From assembly GCA_028287105.1 (NCBI GenBank), contig JAQBQH010000289.1, positions 4,544-68,543 of the forward strand: 64,000 bases of DNA, read 5' to 3'. The notes beneath the pieces were generated by a model. It saw only the letters and a program-made list of their open reading frames with translations. It was not told the origin of the DNA and did not search any database. The translations under genes and the position numbers were made by a program. This DNA is from Myxococcales bacterium (lineage in GTDB: Bacteria > Myxococcota_A > Polyangia > Palsa-1104). Shown in pieces: positions 21,266 to 30,429 of the stretch; within the stretch, counting starts at the first letter, position 1, and the number at the start of each line of letters is the position of its first letter.

Positions 21266-22656
21266 TGCACCAATACGCCCGCCGCCTGCTTGAGGGCGGT
21301 GGTCGCCATGTTCACATCCATGATCGACTGGAGATGGCGCATGCGCAACTCGAAGAAGTTGCGGGCCGCATCCACCAGATCGCGCGACTCGGCCACGCCG
21401 ACCTGCAGGTTCTGATCGACCGCGTTGTACCAGCCGCGCGCCACCTTCTCCGAGTGCGCCAGCAGATCGGTGCGCCGCCGCGCCGCGCGCGCATCGAGCC
21501 AGGCGTTCTCGATCTCGATCGAGATCCCGCCGAGCGCCTGCCGGCGCCGCTGCTGGAGGACCCGCTCGTCCGCCTTGGCCTTCGATAGATTGGCGAGTCG
21601 CATCGGCACATCGAGGTTGTAGCGCACCACCAGCGCCAGTCCCGCCCCGAGCGCGTTGGGATGATTCATGAACGCGTTCTGCGGATCGTCCACCGACTGC
21701 GCGTAGGCGTAGGTGAACGAAAACGCCAGCCCGAGATCGGGGATGAGGTTGGCGACCTGCAGCTTGTGCGCGTTGCGGATCGCCTCGGTCCCGGCCGCCA
21801 GCATGCGCGCCTCGGGGCGGTGCACCCGCGCCGCGTCTTCGTAGAAGCCGAGGGGATGCTCCATCGGCTCCGAGATGTCGAGGTCCTCTTCGTCGATGTC
21901 GGCATCGGGATCGTCGGTGAGCATGCGCATGCCCGAGAGGCCGAGCTCGCGCGCCTTCTCGACGTCCAACGACGTCAGCTCCGCGGTATCGAGCGCCAGC
22001 TTGATGCGCACCAGGTCGTTCTCGGTGTAGGTGCTCTTGCCCTTGTCGATCTCGTCGTTGATGCGCTTGACCCACTCCTTCAAGCGGCTCTTGCCGTCGT
22101 CGAGGGTCGCCATGGCGGTGCGCGCCCACTTGAGGAGCCAGTAGGCGCGCGTCACGTTGAAGGTGACGTCGGCGCGATCCTTGTCGACCTGTGCCCGCGC
22201 CACGTCGATGCCCGCCTTGGCCGCGCCGCGGGCCGCTTCGATCTTGCCGAAGGTGTACAGCGGCTGCACGAGGTTGATCCCGAGGTTGAAGGCGACGCCG
22301 TGGAACGGCAGCACCTGATCGTTCGATCGCAAGTCGACGACGTTGGTCTGGACGCAATCGATGGTGCTGGGGAGGCAGCGGATGTTCGGCGAGCCCGTGA
22401 TCCCGAAGGTCAGCTGCCCGGTCGGCCACCACAAGCGCGTCGCCTGAGACAGCTGCGCATCGGCCGCCTCCACCCCCTCGCGCGCCGCCTGCACGCCCGG
22501 GTAGGCGGCGTTCACCTTGGCCACCAGCTCCGCCAGCGTATATCGCCGCGCCGCGGCATCGCGCGGCGTCGCCACGATGGCGAGTGCGGTCATCAGCACG
22601 AGTGGAACGCGCGCTCTCATCATGTGAAGTGCCAGACGTGACAATATGGAAGCCAT
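21262..22656 (-). CDS. TolC-family outer membrane efflux protein
   Basis: Signal peptide; QPLYTFGK, VTRAYW, two OEP-like helical repeats. Confidence 0.88.
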   Translation of the reverse strand: MASILSRLALHMMRARVPLVLMTALAIVATPRDAAARRYTLAELVAKVNAAYPGVQAAREGVEAADAQLSQATRLWWPTGQLTFGITGSPNIRCLPSTIDCVQTNVVDLRSNDQVLPFHGVAFNLGINLVQPLYTFGKIEAARGAAKAGIDVARAQVDKDRADVTFNVTRAYWLLKWARTAMATLDDGKSRLKEWVKRINDEIDKGKSTYTENDLVRIKLALDTAELTSLDVEKARELGLSGMRMLTDDPDADIDEEDLDISEPMEHPLGFYEDAARVHRPEARMLAAGTEAIRNAHKLQVANLIPDLGLAFSFTYAYAQSVDDPQNAFMNHPNALGAGLALVVRYNLDVPMRLANLSKAKADERVLQQRRRQALGGISIEIENAWLDARAARRRTDLLAHSEKVARGWYNAVDQNLQVGVAESRDLVDAARNFFELRMRHLQSIMDVNMATTALKQAAGVLVQ

Positions 22657-22750
22657 TTTCCGTCGCTGGGCGCGGCGTCGGTCACATTCGCGAGACGACT
22701 AGCCTTGCTCGCTCTTACCACGCGGCACGCGCGTTGCTCAACCGCCATGC

Positions 22751-22948
22751 ATGGTCGCTACGAATGCAGCAATTGGCAAAATCATCTGCTTTCACTGCCG
22801 CCGCACCGATTGCGTCGGCCCTTGCGACGCCGCGCCGCGCAAGCTGCGCATCGTCGGAGAGCTCAAGCGTGCGGGCGCCTGGTTGGGCGGCGCATGCGTC
22901 GCGGGCACTGCCCTCGGCGCCGGGCTTGCGCTACTCTTCTGTGGGTGA
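22751..22948 (+). CDS. Small Cys-rich membrane protein
   Basis: CFHC...CVGPC followed by a C-terminal TM. TGA overlaps the next GTG. Confidence 0.45.
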   Translation: MVATNAAIGKIICFHCRRTDCVGPCDAAPRKLRIVGELKRAGAWLGGACVAGTALGAGLALLFCG

Positions 22949-23139
22949 AGGGCTACTTCGAATATCTCGAGCTTCATTCGTATTTTGCGAGCGTAGGGCA
23001 ACCCAAGCTCTCTCGTGTCGAATTTGACGCGCTGCAGGCTGAATATGTTGTCCTGGCCGCCAAGCACCCGGCGCTGACCATCGCCGAGCGCGGCCGCCTC
23101 AACGAGCTGAAAACCGTCCTCTTCCGAGACAAGCCGTGA
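22945..23139 (+). CDS. Small hypothetical protein (64 aa)
   Basis: Protein-like composition ([13 protein letters not shown]...). GTGA overlaps on both sides. Confidence 0.6.
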   Translation: MKGYFEYLELHSYFASVGQPKLSRVEFDALQAEYVVLAAKHPALTIAERGRLNELKTVLFRDKP

Positions 23140-23639
23140 CGACCGCGGGGGGCAAGCCGCCCGCGGCCTCGCGCGTCGAAATGACCGAGATCGTGCTGCC
23201 CGGCGACACCAACGCGCTCGGCACCATCTTCGGGGGCAAGGTGATGCAGTGGATCGACATCGCCGCCTCGGTCGCCGGAATGCGTCACTCGGGTGGCAAC
23301 GTGGTCACGGCATCGATCGACGGCCTGACCTTCCTCACCCCCATCCACCTCGGCGAGATCGTGCTCCTGCAGGCGCAGGTCAACTTCGTCGGGCGGACCT
23401 CGATGGAGATCGGCGTGCGCGTCGAGGCCGAGGACCCGCGCACCGCCGCGCGCCGCTATACGACCAAGGCCTACCTGACGTTCGTGGCCATCGACGCCGA
23501 CGGCAAGCCGCGGCCGATTGCCCCGTTGGTGCCGGAGAACGACGAAGATCGGCGCCGCTGCCAGGATGCTTTGGCGCGGCGCGACGCCCGGCTGGCGTCG
23601 CGCGCCGCGCGGCCGGCATTGCGCGATCCGCGGCGCTGA
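23136..23639 (+). CDS. Acyl-CoA thioesterase (HotDog, YciA-like)
   Basis: [11 protein letters not shown]...[23 protein letters not shown]. Confidence 0.92.
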   Translation: MTTAGGKPPAASRVEMTEIVLPGDTNALGTIFGGKVMQWIDIAASVAGMRHSGGNVVTASIDGLTFLTPIHLGEIVLLQAQVNFVGRTSMEIGVRVEAEDPRTAARRYTTKAYLTFVAIDADGKPRPIAPLVPENDEDRRRCQDALARRDARLASRAARPALRDPRR

Positions 23640-23653
23640 CTTAGGTTGCGGGG

Positions 23654-24550
23654 ATGGCCCTCGTCCGCACGTTCCACCCCGCCAGGCTCGTGCTCACCGG
23701 CGAGGATCGCGTGCGCTTCCTCCACGGCATGGTCACCAACGACATCGAGGCCCTGAAGCCGGGGCAGGGCTGCCACGCGGCCATGTTGACGGCCAAAGGC
23801 AAGATGCTGGCCGACCTCATCGTCGAGGCCGACGAGGCCTCGTTGACGCTGGTGCTCGACGGCAGCCTGCGCGACAAGATCAAAGCGGTCCTCGACAAGC
23901 ACATCATCATGGACGACGTCGAGGTCGCCGATCGCTCCGACGAGCCGGCGCTGGGCGTCTTCGGCGACGACGCGGCGGCGGCGATCGCGGCGGGCACCGG
24001 GCTCGACGCGGCGGCGCTCGCGGCGCTGCCGAATTATCATTTCCTCGACGCCGGCGCGCTGCGGGTCGCGCGTACGCCGGAGCTCGGCGGCGCCGGGTTC
24101 CACCTCTTTGGCGAGGCGCGCGTCGCGGGCGAGCCGCTGACCGATGCCGAGTTCGAAGAGCGGCGGGTCGAGGCGGGCACGCCGCGCTATGGCGTCGACA
24201 TGGGGGAGGATCGCCTGCCCATCGAGGCCGGCGTCAACGACGCGGTCAGCTTCACCAAGGGCTGCTACCTCGGCCAGGAGGTGATCGCGCGCGCCACCAA
24301 CCTCGGCCACATCAACCGCCGCCTGGTCGGGCTCATCCTCGACGGCGAGGCGCTGGCCAAATCGGGCGCGAAGCTGTCGTCGCCGTCCAAGCCGGAGGCG
24401 GGCTGGATCACCACATCGGTACGCTCGCGACGCCTCGGCAAGGTCATCGCGCTCGGCTACGTCCACCGCACGCTCTGGGAGCCCGGCGTCAGCCTCACCG
24501 TCGACGACGGCCGCACGGCGACGGTGAGCGCGCTGCCGTTCGCACCATAG
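23654..24550 (+). CDS. ygfZ: Folate-binding YgfZ/GcvT-family protein
   Basis: GEDRVRFLHGMVTND; signature KGCYLGQE. Confidence 0.92.
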   Translation: MALVRTFHPARLVLTGEDRVRFLHGMVTNDIEALKPGQGCHAAMLTAKGKMLADLIVEADEASLTLVLDGSLRDKIKAVLDKHIIMDDVEVADRSDEPALGVFGDDAAAAIAAGTGLDAAALAALPNYHFLDAGALRVARTPELGGAGFHLFGEARVAGEPLTDAEFEERRVEAGTPRYGVDMGEDRLPIEAGVNDAVSFTKGCYLGQEVIARATNLGHINRRLVGLILDGEALAKSGAKLSSPSKPEAGWITTSVRSRRLGKVIALGYVHRTLWEPGVSLTVDDGRTATVSALPFAP

Positions 24551-24616
24551 TCGCCGACGACCGTCGAGAGAGACGGGCCGCCGACGACTACGTGTGTGAA
24601 TGGGTTGCGGGAGTCG

Positions 24617-24778
24617 CTACTTCGAAGAAGACTTCTTGGACTTCGAAGGCGCGGATCCCTTGGTGCTGGCGCGCTCGGTCGCGGCGCGCACGCGACGCGC
24701 CTTGATGCGGCCCTTCAACTTACGCTGACGAATCTTGCGCCGCATCTTGGGCGAGCGGCGGTTGTCTCCGAGTCCCAT
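24617..24778 (-). CDS. Small highly basic protein (53 aa), not in ORF track
   Basis: MGLGDNRRSPKMRRKIRQRKLKGRIKARRVRAATERASTKGSAPSKSKKSSSK; AAGGAG SD upstream of the ATG. Confidence 0.7.
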   Translation of the reverse strand: MGLGDNRRSPKMRRKIRQRKLKGRIKARRVRAATERASTKGSAPSKSKKSSSK

Positions 24779-24799
24779 GTTCGTGTGCTCCTTCTTGGG

Positions 24800-25480
24800 C
24801 TACGCACTTTCGGCGACGTCGTCGCTGCCGTCAAGCGCGTTTTCGGCCTCGAGCATCTCGAGCCGGCGCACCAGCTCCTTCAAACGGCGCGTTCCACCTG
24901 CGTCGCGCGCCTTGAACTCGATGCCGATACCTTCTTCACCCTCGGTGTGACGGGTCCACGCGACGCGCCCAGCGATCTCGAGCGGCCGCAAGGAGCCCGG
25001 CGGCGTGACGTCGAGGACGATCTCGGTCCCCGGCGGCAAGAACTCGGTGGTGCGCAAAAAGGCGCCGCCCGGACCGATGTCCTCGATGTGGCTGTGATGC
25101 TGCTCGCGGTCCAACACGACGCGCCAATCAGCCGTCAGCGTGACGGGCAAACGACGATGCCGGCGAGTGATCATCTCCGCTATCTCCCCCTTGGCCACCG
25201 CGATACAGAAATCTCTGCGCTTCGCTTCTGCCCCTAAGAACTCGATGCCAAGGCCCGCCCGCAACTTCGTGCGATGCTTACCCGCGCGTCGCCACGCGAT
25301 GAAGCCGCGCAACAAGTGCTTGTTGCACAGCTCTGGAAAACGGATTTCGACCAGCACGGTCTCGCCGAGCGGAATCGCTTCCCGCGTCGGAAAAAAGAGG
25401 CCTCCGCCCGGGAGCGACGGCTGGTAGTGCCGGAGGAACTCCTCGCCGCTCCGGTATCGCGCGCGTAGAATTCGCATCAA
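24800..25480 (-). CDS. Tandem PilZ-domain protein (myxobacterial TIGR02266-like)
   Basis: GGLFFPT, RRHRR (RxxxR), DIGPGG (DxSxxG-like), GIGIEF. Confidence 0.88.
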   Translation of the reverse strand: MMRILRARYRSGEEFLRHYQPSLPGGGLFFPTREAIPLGETVLVEIRFPELCNKHLLRGFIAWRRAGKHRTKLRAGLGIEFLGAEAKRRDFCIAVAKGEIAEMITRRHRRLPVTLTADWRVVLDREQHHSHIEDIGPGGAFLRTTEFLPPGTEIVLDVTPPGSLRPLEIAGRVAWTRHTEGEEGIGIEFKARDAGGTRRLKELVRRLEMLEAENALDGSDDVAESA

Positions 25481-25553
25481 GTTTCTCCCCTGGTGGCGCG
25501 AGCAGGAGGACCATAGTCCAGCGCGGACGCCTGTGCAAGTACGTTACGCGGCC

Positions 25554-26276
25554 TTACTCAAATATCAGTCGGCTATACCGTTCGGCCCAGGGGGCTCCAA
25601 AGACGCGACCGAGCGGGCCCCGTCGTGGCCCGTTGGCGTGGAAAGCGGTGAAAAAATCGCGCTGCCCGTCGGCGTTGGCGTCGGCGGCGACCTCTCGAGC
25701 GGCCGTCAGCACGTCGAGGTAGCGACCGATGGCCGCGGTCAGGGCGGCGAACGCATCGTCGACGAGACGTAGGCTGGGACCCGCATGCAGACCGACGCCT
25801 GATGCGACCGGCAGCGCCCACTCGGGGCCCGGCTGCGAGCGCAGGCGACCGAAGCCCTCGCCCAAAGACTCGAGGACGCCGGAGGTCAGGTCGCGCGCGC
25901 CGTAGACGTCGGCGTTGACCGACAGCCGCGTCGGCAGCGCCATCAGGTCGGCGCCAAAGATCGGGGCCGCTCGTCGGCTGGGATGAATGACGAGCGCGAC
26001 CCCTTCGATGAGCGGCCGCATGGAGATGTGCGACAGGACGACCTTGCGCGCTTCGGGCGACTGCCAGGCCCAGGTGCGGACGCTGCCGAGGCCGAGCGGG
26101 CCCGGCTTGTCGGCGAGGTCGGCGTCGATGGGAATCGGGGCGAGCGTCAGGCGGCTCTCGACGCGCGCGCGCACGCCGGCGACCATGCCGGGAACGTCGA
26201 CTTCGAGGCGCGCCTTGACCAGCTCCTCGAGCTGGCGCATCCGCCGCACGAGCTGGTCGCGCGCGCCTTCGAGCAT
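25554..26276 (-). CDS. Ferredoxin-dependent bilin reductase (PcyA-like) homolog
   Basis: WQSPEARK, PIFGADL, PEW, GQ..F...N, and C-terminal FGAPWAERY..LIFE resemble FDBR conserved blocks. Confidence 0.65.
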   Translation of the reverse strand: MLEGARDQLVRRMRQLEELVKARLEVDVPGMVAGVRARVESRLTLAPIPIDADLADKPGPLGLGSVRTWAWQSPEARKVVLSHISMRPLIEGVALVIHPSRRAAPIFGADLMALPTRLSVNADVYGARDLTSGVLESLGEGFGRLRSQPGPEWALPVASGVGLHAGPSLRLVDDAFAALTAAIGRYLDVLTAAREVAADANADGQRDFFTAFHANGPRRGPLGRVFGAPWAERYSRLIFE

Positions 26277-26728
26277 CAGAGGGTCTCCAGGATCGCGGCG
26301 GCGTGCCCCTTGGGCGAGACCTTGTGCTGCGCCGAGACGACCTTGCCCTTTTCGTCGATGACGAAGGTGGAGCGGATGATGCCCTTGTACTTCCTGCCGT
26401 AGAGGACCTTGTCGCCCCAGGCGCCGTAGGCCTCGGCGACCTTGTGGTCGGGATCGGCGAGGAGCAAAAAGTTCAGCTCGAACTTGTCGCGAAACTTGCC
26501 GTGGGTGGTCGCCTTGTCGGGGCTGACACCGACGACGACGGCCTTCTTTTTCTTGTAGAGCGCGGCGCTGTCGCGGAACTCGCAGGCCTGGGTGGTGCAG
26601 CCCGGCGTGTTGTCCTTCGGATAGAAGTAGAGGATGAGGGTCTTGCCGGCAAACTCCTTCAAGGAGTGGGTTTTGCCGTCATCCCCTTCTAGCTTGAAGT
26701 CGGGGGCGCGATCGCCGGGTTCGAGCAT
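26276..26728 (-). CDS. bcp: Thioredoxin-dependent thiol peroxidase (BCP/PrxQ)
   Basis: YFYPKDNTPGCTTQAC, GVSPD, RSTFVID. Confidence 0.95.
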   Translation of the reverse strand: MLEPGDRAPDFKLEGDDGKTHSLKEFAGKTLILYFYPKDNTPGCTTQACEFRDSAALYKKKKAVVVGVSPDKATTHGKFRDKFELNFLLLADPDHKVAEAYGAWGDKVLYGRKYKGIIRSTFVIDEKGKVVSAQHKVSPKGHAAAILETL

Positions 26729-26770
26729 GCATCGGCGTCATAGCGCGCTTTCGTGATCCCCGACAAGCTT

Positions 26771-27100
26771 TTACGCCCCCGTGGCCAGGAGCTTGGGCAG
26801 GTCGCTCGAGAACTTCCCTTTGGCGAGCGCGACACAGCCGCGGTCGCGGGCCGCCTCCATGATGTCGGTGCGCTCGTGGTCGACGAAGCCGATCTTGAGG
26901 GCGGTCAGGGGCACGGCGTCGAGCGCGGCGAGCGCGTCGGGCCGGCGCAGATCGACGATGAAGACCCGCGCGTTGGCGGTGGCGGTTGCCACCTCCGCCG
27001 GGCTGCGCACTGCTTGCAGGTCGAGCCCGAGCTGTTGTGCGGTCTCGCGAATTTTGGACGTGAATAGAAGATCGGTGACCAAGTAGACTACCGCCGCCAT
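26771..27100 (-). CDS. Stand-alone receiver-like (CheY-fold) protein, atypical
   Basis: VTDLLFTSKI, FIVDL, IGFVDH...AARDRGC. Confidence 0.65.
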   Translation of the reverse strand: MAAVVYLVTDLLFTSKIRETAQQLGLDLQAVRSPAEVATATANARVFIVDLRRPDALAALDAVPLTALKIGFVDHERTDIMEAARDRGCVALAKGKFSSDLPKLLATGA

Positions 27101-29504
27101 GACCACAGCATATGCCCACGCGCACATCATTGCGACCGAGCTTTCGGTAGCGCTCGATCAAGTGGAGCGCACCGTCGCTCTGCTCGCCGATGGCGCGACC
27201 ATTCCGTTCATCGCCCGATACCGCAAAGAGGTCACCGGGAACCTCGACGAGGTGCAGATCGCTTCGATCGACGAGCGGCGCACCTATCTGACGGAGCTCG
27301 ACGCCCGCAAGCAGACGGTGCTGGCCGAGATCGTCAAGCAGGGCAAGCTGACCGACGGGCTGCGCGACAAGATCGCGCGCACGCTGTCGAAGACGGAGCT
27401 CGAGGACCTGTACCTGCCCTATAAGCCGAAGCGGCGGACGCGCGCCACCATCGCGCGCGAGCGGGGGCTCGAGCCGCTGGCCGAGAAGATCTTGAAGCAG
27501 GGGGTGGAGGCGGAGGCGCGCGAGGCGCTCGGGACGCCGTTCGTCGATCCGGCCAAGGAGGTTGCCGACGTCGAGGCCGCGTTCGCGGGGGCGCGCGACA
27601 TCGTGGCCGAGAGCGTGGCCGAGCGGGCCGAGGTCCGTGCGGCGCTCCGCGAGCAGGCGCTGGAGTCGGGGACCCTCGCCGGCGCAGCCGTTGCCGGCAA
27701 AGAGGAAGAAGGGTCGAAGTTCAAGGACTACTTCAACTTCAACGAGCCGGCCAAGAGCATCCCGTCGCACCGATTGTTGGCGCTTCGGCGCGGCGAGGCC
27801 GAGGGCTTTTTGCGCGTGCTGCTCGAGGTCGACGGCGACGCGGCCAAGGACATCGTGCGGCACAAGGTGGTGGTCGCGCCCAAGGCGACGCTGGCCAAGG
27901 ATCTCGATCTTGCGCTCGCCGATGCGTATGACCGGCTGCTCAAGACCTCGATCGAGGTCGACGTGCGGCTGGTGCTCAAGGAGCGCGCCGACGCCGAGGC
28001 GATCCGGGTGTTCGCGGGCAACCTGCGCGCGCTGCTCCTACAGGCGCCGCTCGGTGGCAAGCGGGTGCTGGCCATCGACCCCGGGTTCCGCACCGGCTGC
28101 AAGGTGGCCGTGATCGACGCCAAGGGCGATCTGCAGACCGACGACGTCGTCTATCCCACGCAGTCCGAGCGCAAGGTGGAAGAGGCGGCCGCGACGCTCG
28201 AGAAGCTGTGCAAGCAGTACCGCATCGAGTCGATTGCGATCGGCAACGGCACGGCGGGGCGCGAGACCGAGACCTTCGTGCGCAAGCTCGCCGGAGAGGG
28301 TCGGCTCGGTACGGTCAAGATCGTCATGGTCAACGAGTCGGGCGCATCGATCTACTCGGCGTCGGAGATCGCGCGTGAAGAGCTGCCCGATCAGGACATC
28401 ACGGTGCGCGGCGCGGTGTCGATCGGGCGGCGGCTGCAGGACCCGCTGGCGGAGTTGGTCAAGATCGATCCCAAGTCGATCGGCGTCGGCCAATACCAGC
28501 ACGACGTCCATCAGCCGACCTTGAAGAAGGCGCTCGATCAGGTGGTCGAGAGCTGCGTCAACGCCGTCGGCGTCGACGTCAACACCGCGTCGGTGAGGCT
28601 GTTGCAATACGTCGCCGGGGTCGGCGAGACGCTGGCCAAGAACATCGTCGCCCATCGCGCGCAGAAGGGGGCGTTTGCCGCGCGTAAGTCGCTCCTCGAG
28701 GTGCCGCGGCTGGGGCAGAAGGCGTTCGAGCAGGCCGCGGGATTCTTGCGCGTGCGCTCGGCCGCCAATCCGCTCGACAACTCCGCGGTGCATCCCGAGA
28801 GCTACGACGTGGTCGAGCGCATGGCCAAGGATCTCGGTGTCGACGTGCAGGGGCTCGTCGGGCGGACCGACATGGTCTCGAAGATCGACGTGGCCAAGTA
28901 CGTCGACGAGCGGCGCGGGCTGCCGACGCTGAAGGACATCCTCGGCGAGCTCATCAAGCCGGGGCGCGACCCGCGCGCGGAGTTCGAGGAGGTCGGGTTC
29001 GACCCGTCGGTGACCGAGTTCGACCACGTGCGCGACGGGATGGTGCTGCAGGGCGTGGTCACCAACGTGACCCAGTTCGGCGCGTTCATCGACGTCGGGG
29101 TGCACCAGGACGGCCTCGTGCACGTGTCGGAGATCGCGCATCGCTTCGTCAAGGATCCGGCCGAGGTGCTCAAGGTCGGCGACCGTGTAAAGGTCAAGGT
29201 GGTCAAGGTCGACGTCGAGCGCCGGCGCATCGGTTTGTCGATCAAGCAGGCGACGTTGCCGAATGCGGCAGGGGAAAAAGGCTCTCAGCCATCCGCTGTC
29301 AGCTCGCAGCCCCGGAACCGGACGGAGCAGAGGAACGCGCCGCAGTCGCGAGGACTGGAGGGACCGCAGCAGAGGGGCCCGCAGCACAAGGGACCCGATC
29401 CGCGCGGCCCGCAGCCGAAGGGGCCGGCACCGAAGGCGCCGACGGGGCCGTTCTCGACGCCGTTCAACAATCCCTTCGCTGCCGCGTTCACCAAAAAAAG
29501 CTGA
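27099..29504 (+). CDS. tex: Tex-family transcription accessory protein (YqgF, HhH, S1)
   Basis: GATIPFIARYRKE, DLYLPYKPKRRT, AIDPGFRTGCK, KSIGVGQYQHD, S1 domain. Confidence 0.96.
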   Translation: MTTAYAHAHIIATELSVALDQVERTVALLADGATIPFIARYRKEVTGNLDEVQIASIDERRTYLTELDARKQTVLAEIVKQGKLTDGLRDKIARTLSKTELEDLYLPYKPKRRTRATIARERGLEPLAEKILKQGVEAEAREALGTPFVDPAKEVADVEAAFAGARDIVAESVAERAEVRAALREQALESGTLAGAAVAGKEEEGSKFKDYFNFNEPAKSIPSHRLLALRRGEAEGFLRVLLEVDGDAAKDIVRHKVVVAPKATLAKDLDLALADAYDRLLKTSIEVDVRLVLKERADAEAIRVFAGNLRALLLQAPLGGKRVLAIDPGFRTGCKVAVIDAKGDLQTDDVVYPTQSERKVEEAAATLEKLCKQYRIESIAIGNGTAGRETETFVRKLAGEGRLGTVKIVMVNESGASIYSASEIAREELPDQDITVRGAVSIGRRLQDPLAELVKIDPKSIGVGQYQHDVHQPTLKKALDQVVESCVNAVGVDVNTASVRLLQYVAGVGETLAKNIVAHRAQKGAFAARKSLLEVPRLGQKAFEQAAGFLRVRSAANPLDNSAVHPESYDVVERMAKDLGVDVQGLVGRTDMVSKIDVAKYVDERRGLPTLKDILGELIKPGRDPRAEFEEVGFDPSVTEFDHVRDGMVLQGVVTNVTQFGAFIDVGVHQDGLVHVSEIAHRFVKDPAEVLKVGDRVKVKVVKVDVERRRIGLSIKQATLPNAAGEKGSQPSAVSSQPRNRTEQRNAPQSRGLEGPQQRGPQHKGPDPRGPQPKGPAPKAPTGPFSTPFNNPFAAAFTKKS
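29281..29310 (+). repeat. Heptamer tandem repeat (TNTCAGC-type), copy 1
   Basis: gctctcagc catccgc tgtcagc tcgcagc. Confidence 0.55.
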
Positions 29505-29529
29505 GAGCGGAGAGCGGACAGCTGATAGC
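29500..29529 (-). repeat. Heptamer tandem repeat, copy 2 (inverted relative to copy 1)
   Basis: gctgagagc ggagagc ggacagc tgatagc. Confidence 0.6.
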
Positions 29530-29539
29530 CTTTTCCGCC

Positions 29540-29926
29540 ATGCGAAGCCAAGTGCACTCGGACGACGCGCCCAAGGCGATCGGGCCGTATAGCCAGGCGA
29601 TCAAGGCCGGCAATCTGCTGTTCTGCTCGGGCCAGATTCCGCTCGATCCCAAGAGCGGCGAGATGGTCGGCGCCAGCGACGTCAAGGAGCAGGCGAAGCG
29701 CGTGATGAAGAACCTCGAGGCCGTGCTGGCCGCGGGCGGCGCTTCGTTCGCCAGCGTGGTCAAGACGACGATCTACTTGAAGGACCTGGCCGACTTCGGG
29801 GCGGTCAACGAGATCTACGGCGGGTACTTCAAGGAAGCGCCGCCGGCGCGCGCGACGGTGCAGGTGGCCGGGCTGCCGCGCGGTGCGCTCGTCGAGATCG
29901 ACGCGATCGCCGTCGTCGGCGGCTAA
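29540..29926 (+). CDS. ridA: RidA-family enamine/imine deaminase
   Basis: APKAIGPYSQA, SGQIPLDP, PPARATV.V..LP. Confidence 0.94.
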   Translation: MRSQVHSDDAPKAIGPYSQAIKAGNLLFCSGQIPLDPKSGEMVGASDVKEQAKRVMKNLEAVLAAGGASFASVVKTTIYLKDLADFGAVNEIYGGYFKEAPPARATVQVAGLPRGALVEIDAIAVVGG

Positions 29927-30393
29927 GAATCGGCGTGGCGGATGCCGCCGAACTCGAGCGTGAGGGCGTCGTCGTAATGGTCGGCGTAGTCGGCGACGCG
30001 GCGAATCATCTCCTCGACCTCGACGGGATCGAGGCCGACGGTGCTGCGGTCGGTGGTGACCACGACCTCGTCGCCGCGCAGGCCGAAGGCGGCGCCGGTC
30101 ATCTCGTTGGCGTTGAGCTCGAGCAGTCGGCGCAAGAGGCGCGGCGCGGCCAGCTGCTCTTGCGGCGGAACCATCACGGGCGCCACCACCTGAATGAAGT
30201 TGTCACCGGCACTGCCGGCCGTGAGGAAGATGAAGATCTCGGCGGAGCCGGCGGTCATGCCCCACGCGGGGCCGCCGCCGCTCGCGATGCGATGGCGCGT
30301 GGCATCGAGGCCGCGGGCGGTCAGGACCGCTTCGACCATCTGCTCGCAGGTCTTGAGGTTGGCTTCTTGCCGGTTGCCGAACAGCGAGGACAT
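29923..30393 (-). CDS. YbjN/CesT-like chaperone-fold protein
   Basis: WGMTAGSAEIFI, RLLELNA, ADHYDDAL..EFGG. Confidence 0.75.
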   Translation of the reverse strand: MSSLFGNRQEANLKTCEQMVEAVLTARGLDATRHRIASGGGPAWGMTAGSAEIFIFLTAGSAGDNFIQVVAPVMVPPQEQLAAPRLLRRLLELNANEMTGAAFGLRGDEVVVTTDRSTVGLDPVEVEEMIRRVADYADHYDDALTLEFGGIRHADS

Positions 30394-30429
30394 GCGCCGA
30401 GGATATCAGTCCCCGGCAGTGCTGAGAAG

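Noticed and set aside
29330-29460. GPxxK/R repeats in the Tex C-terminal tail
   Set aside because: Low-complexity tails after the S1 domain are common in Tex proteins.
29923-30393. Type III secretion system
   Set aside because: Only a lone YbjN/CesT-fold gene is present, among housekeeping genes, with no T3SS components.
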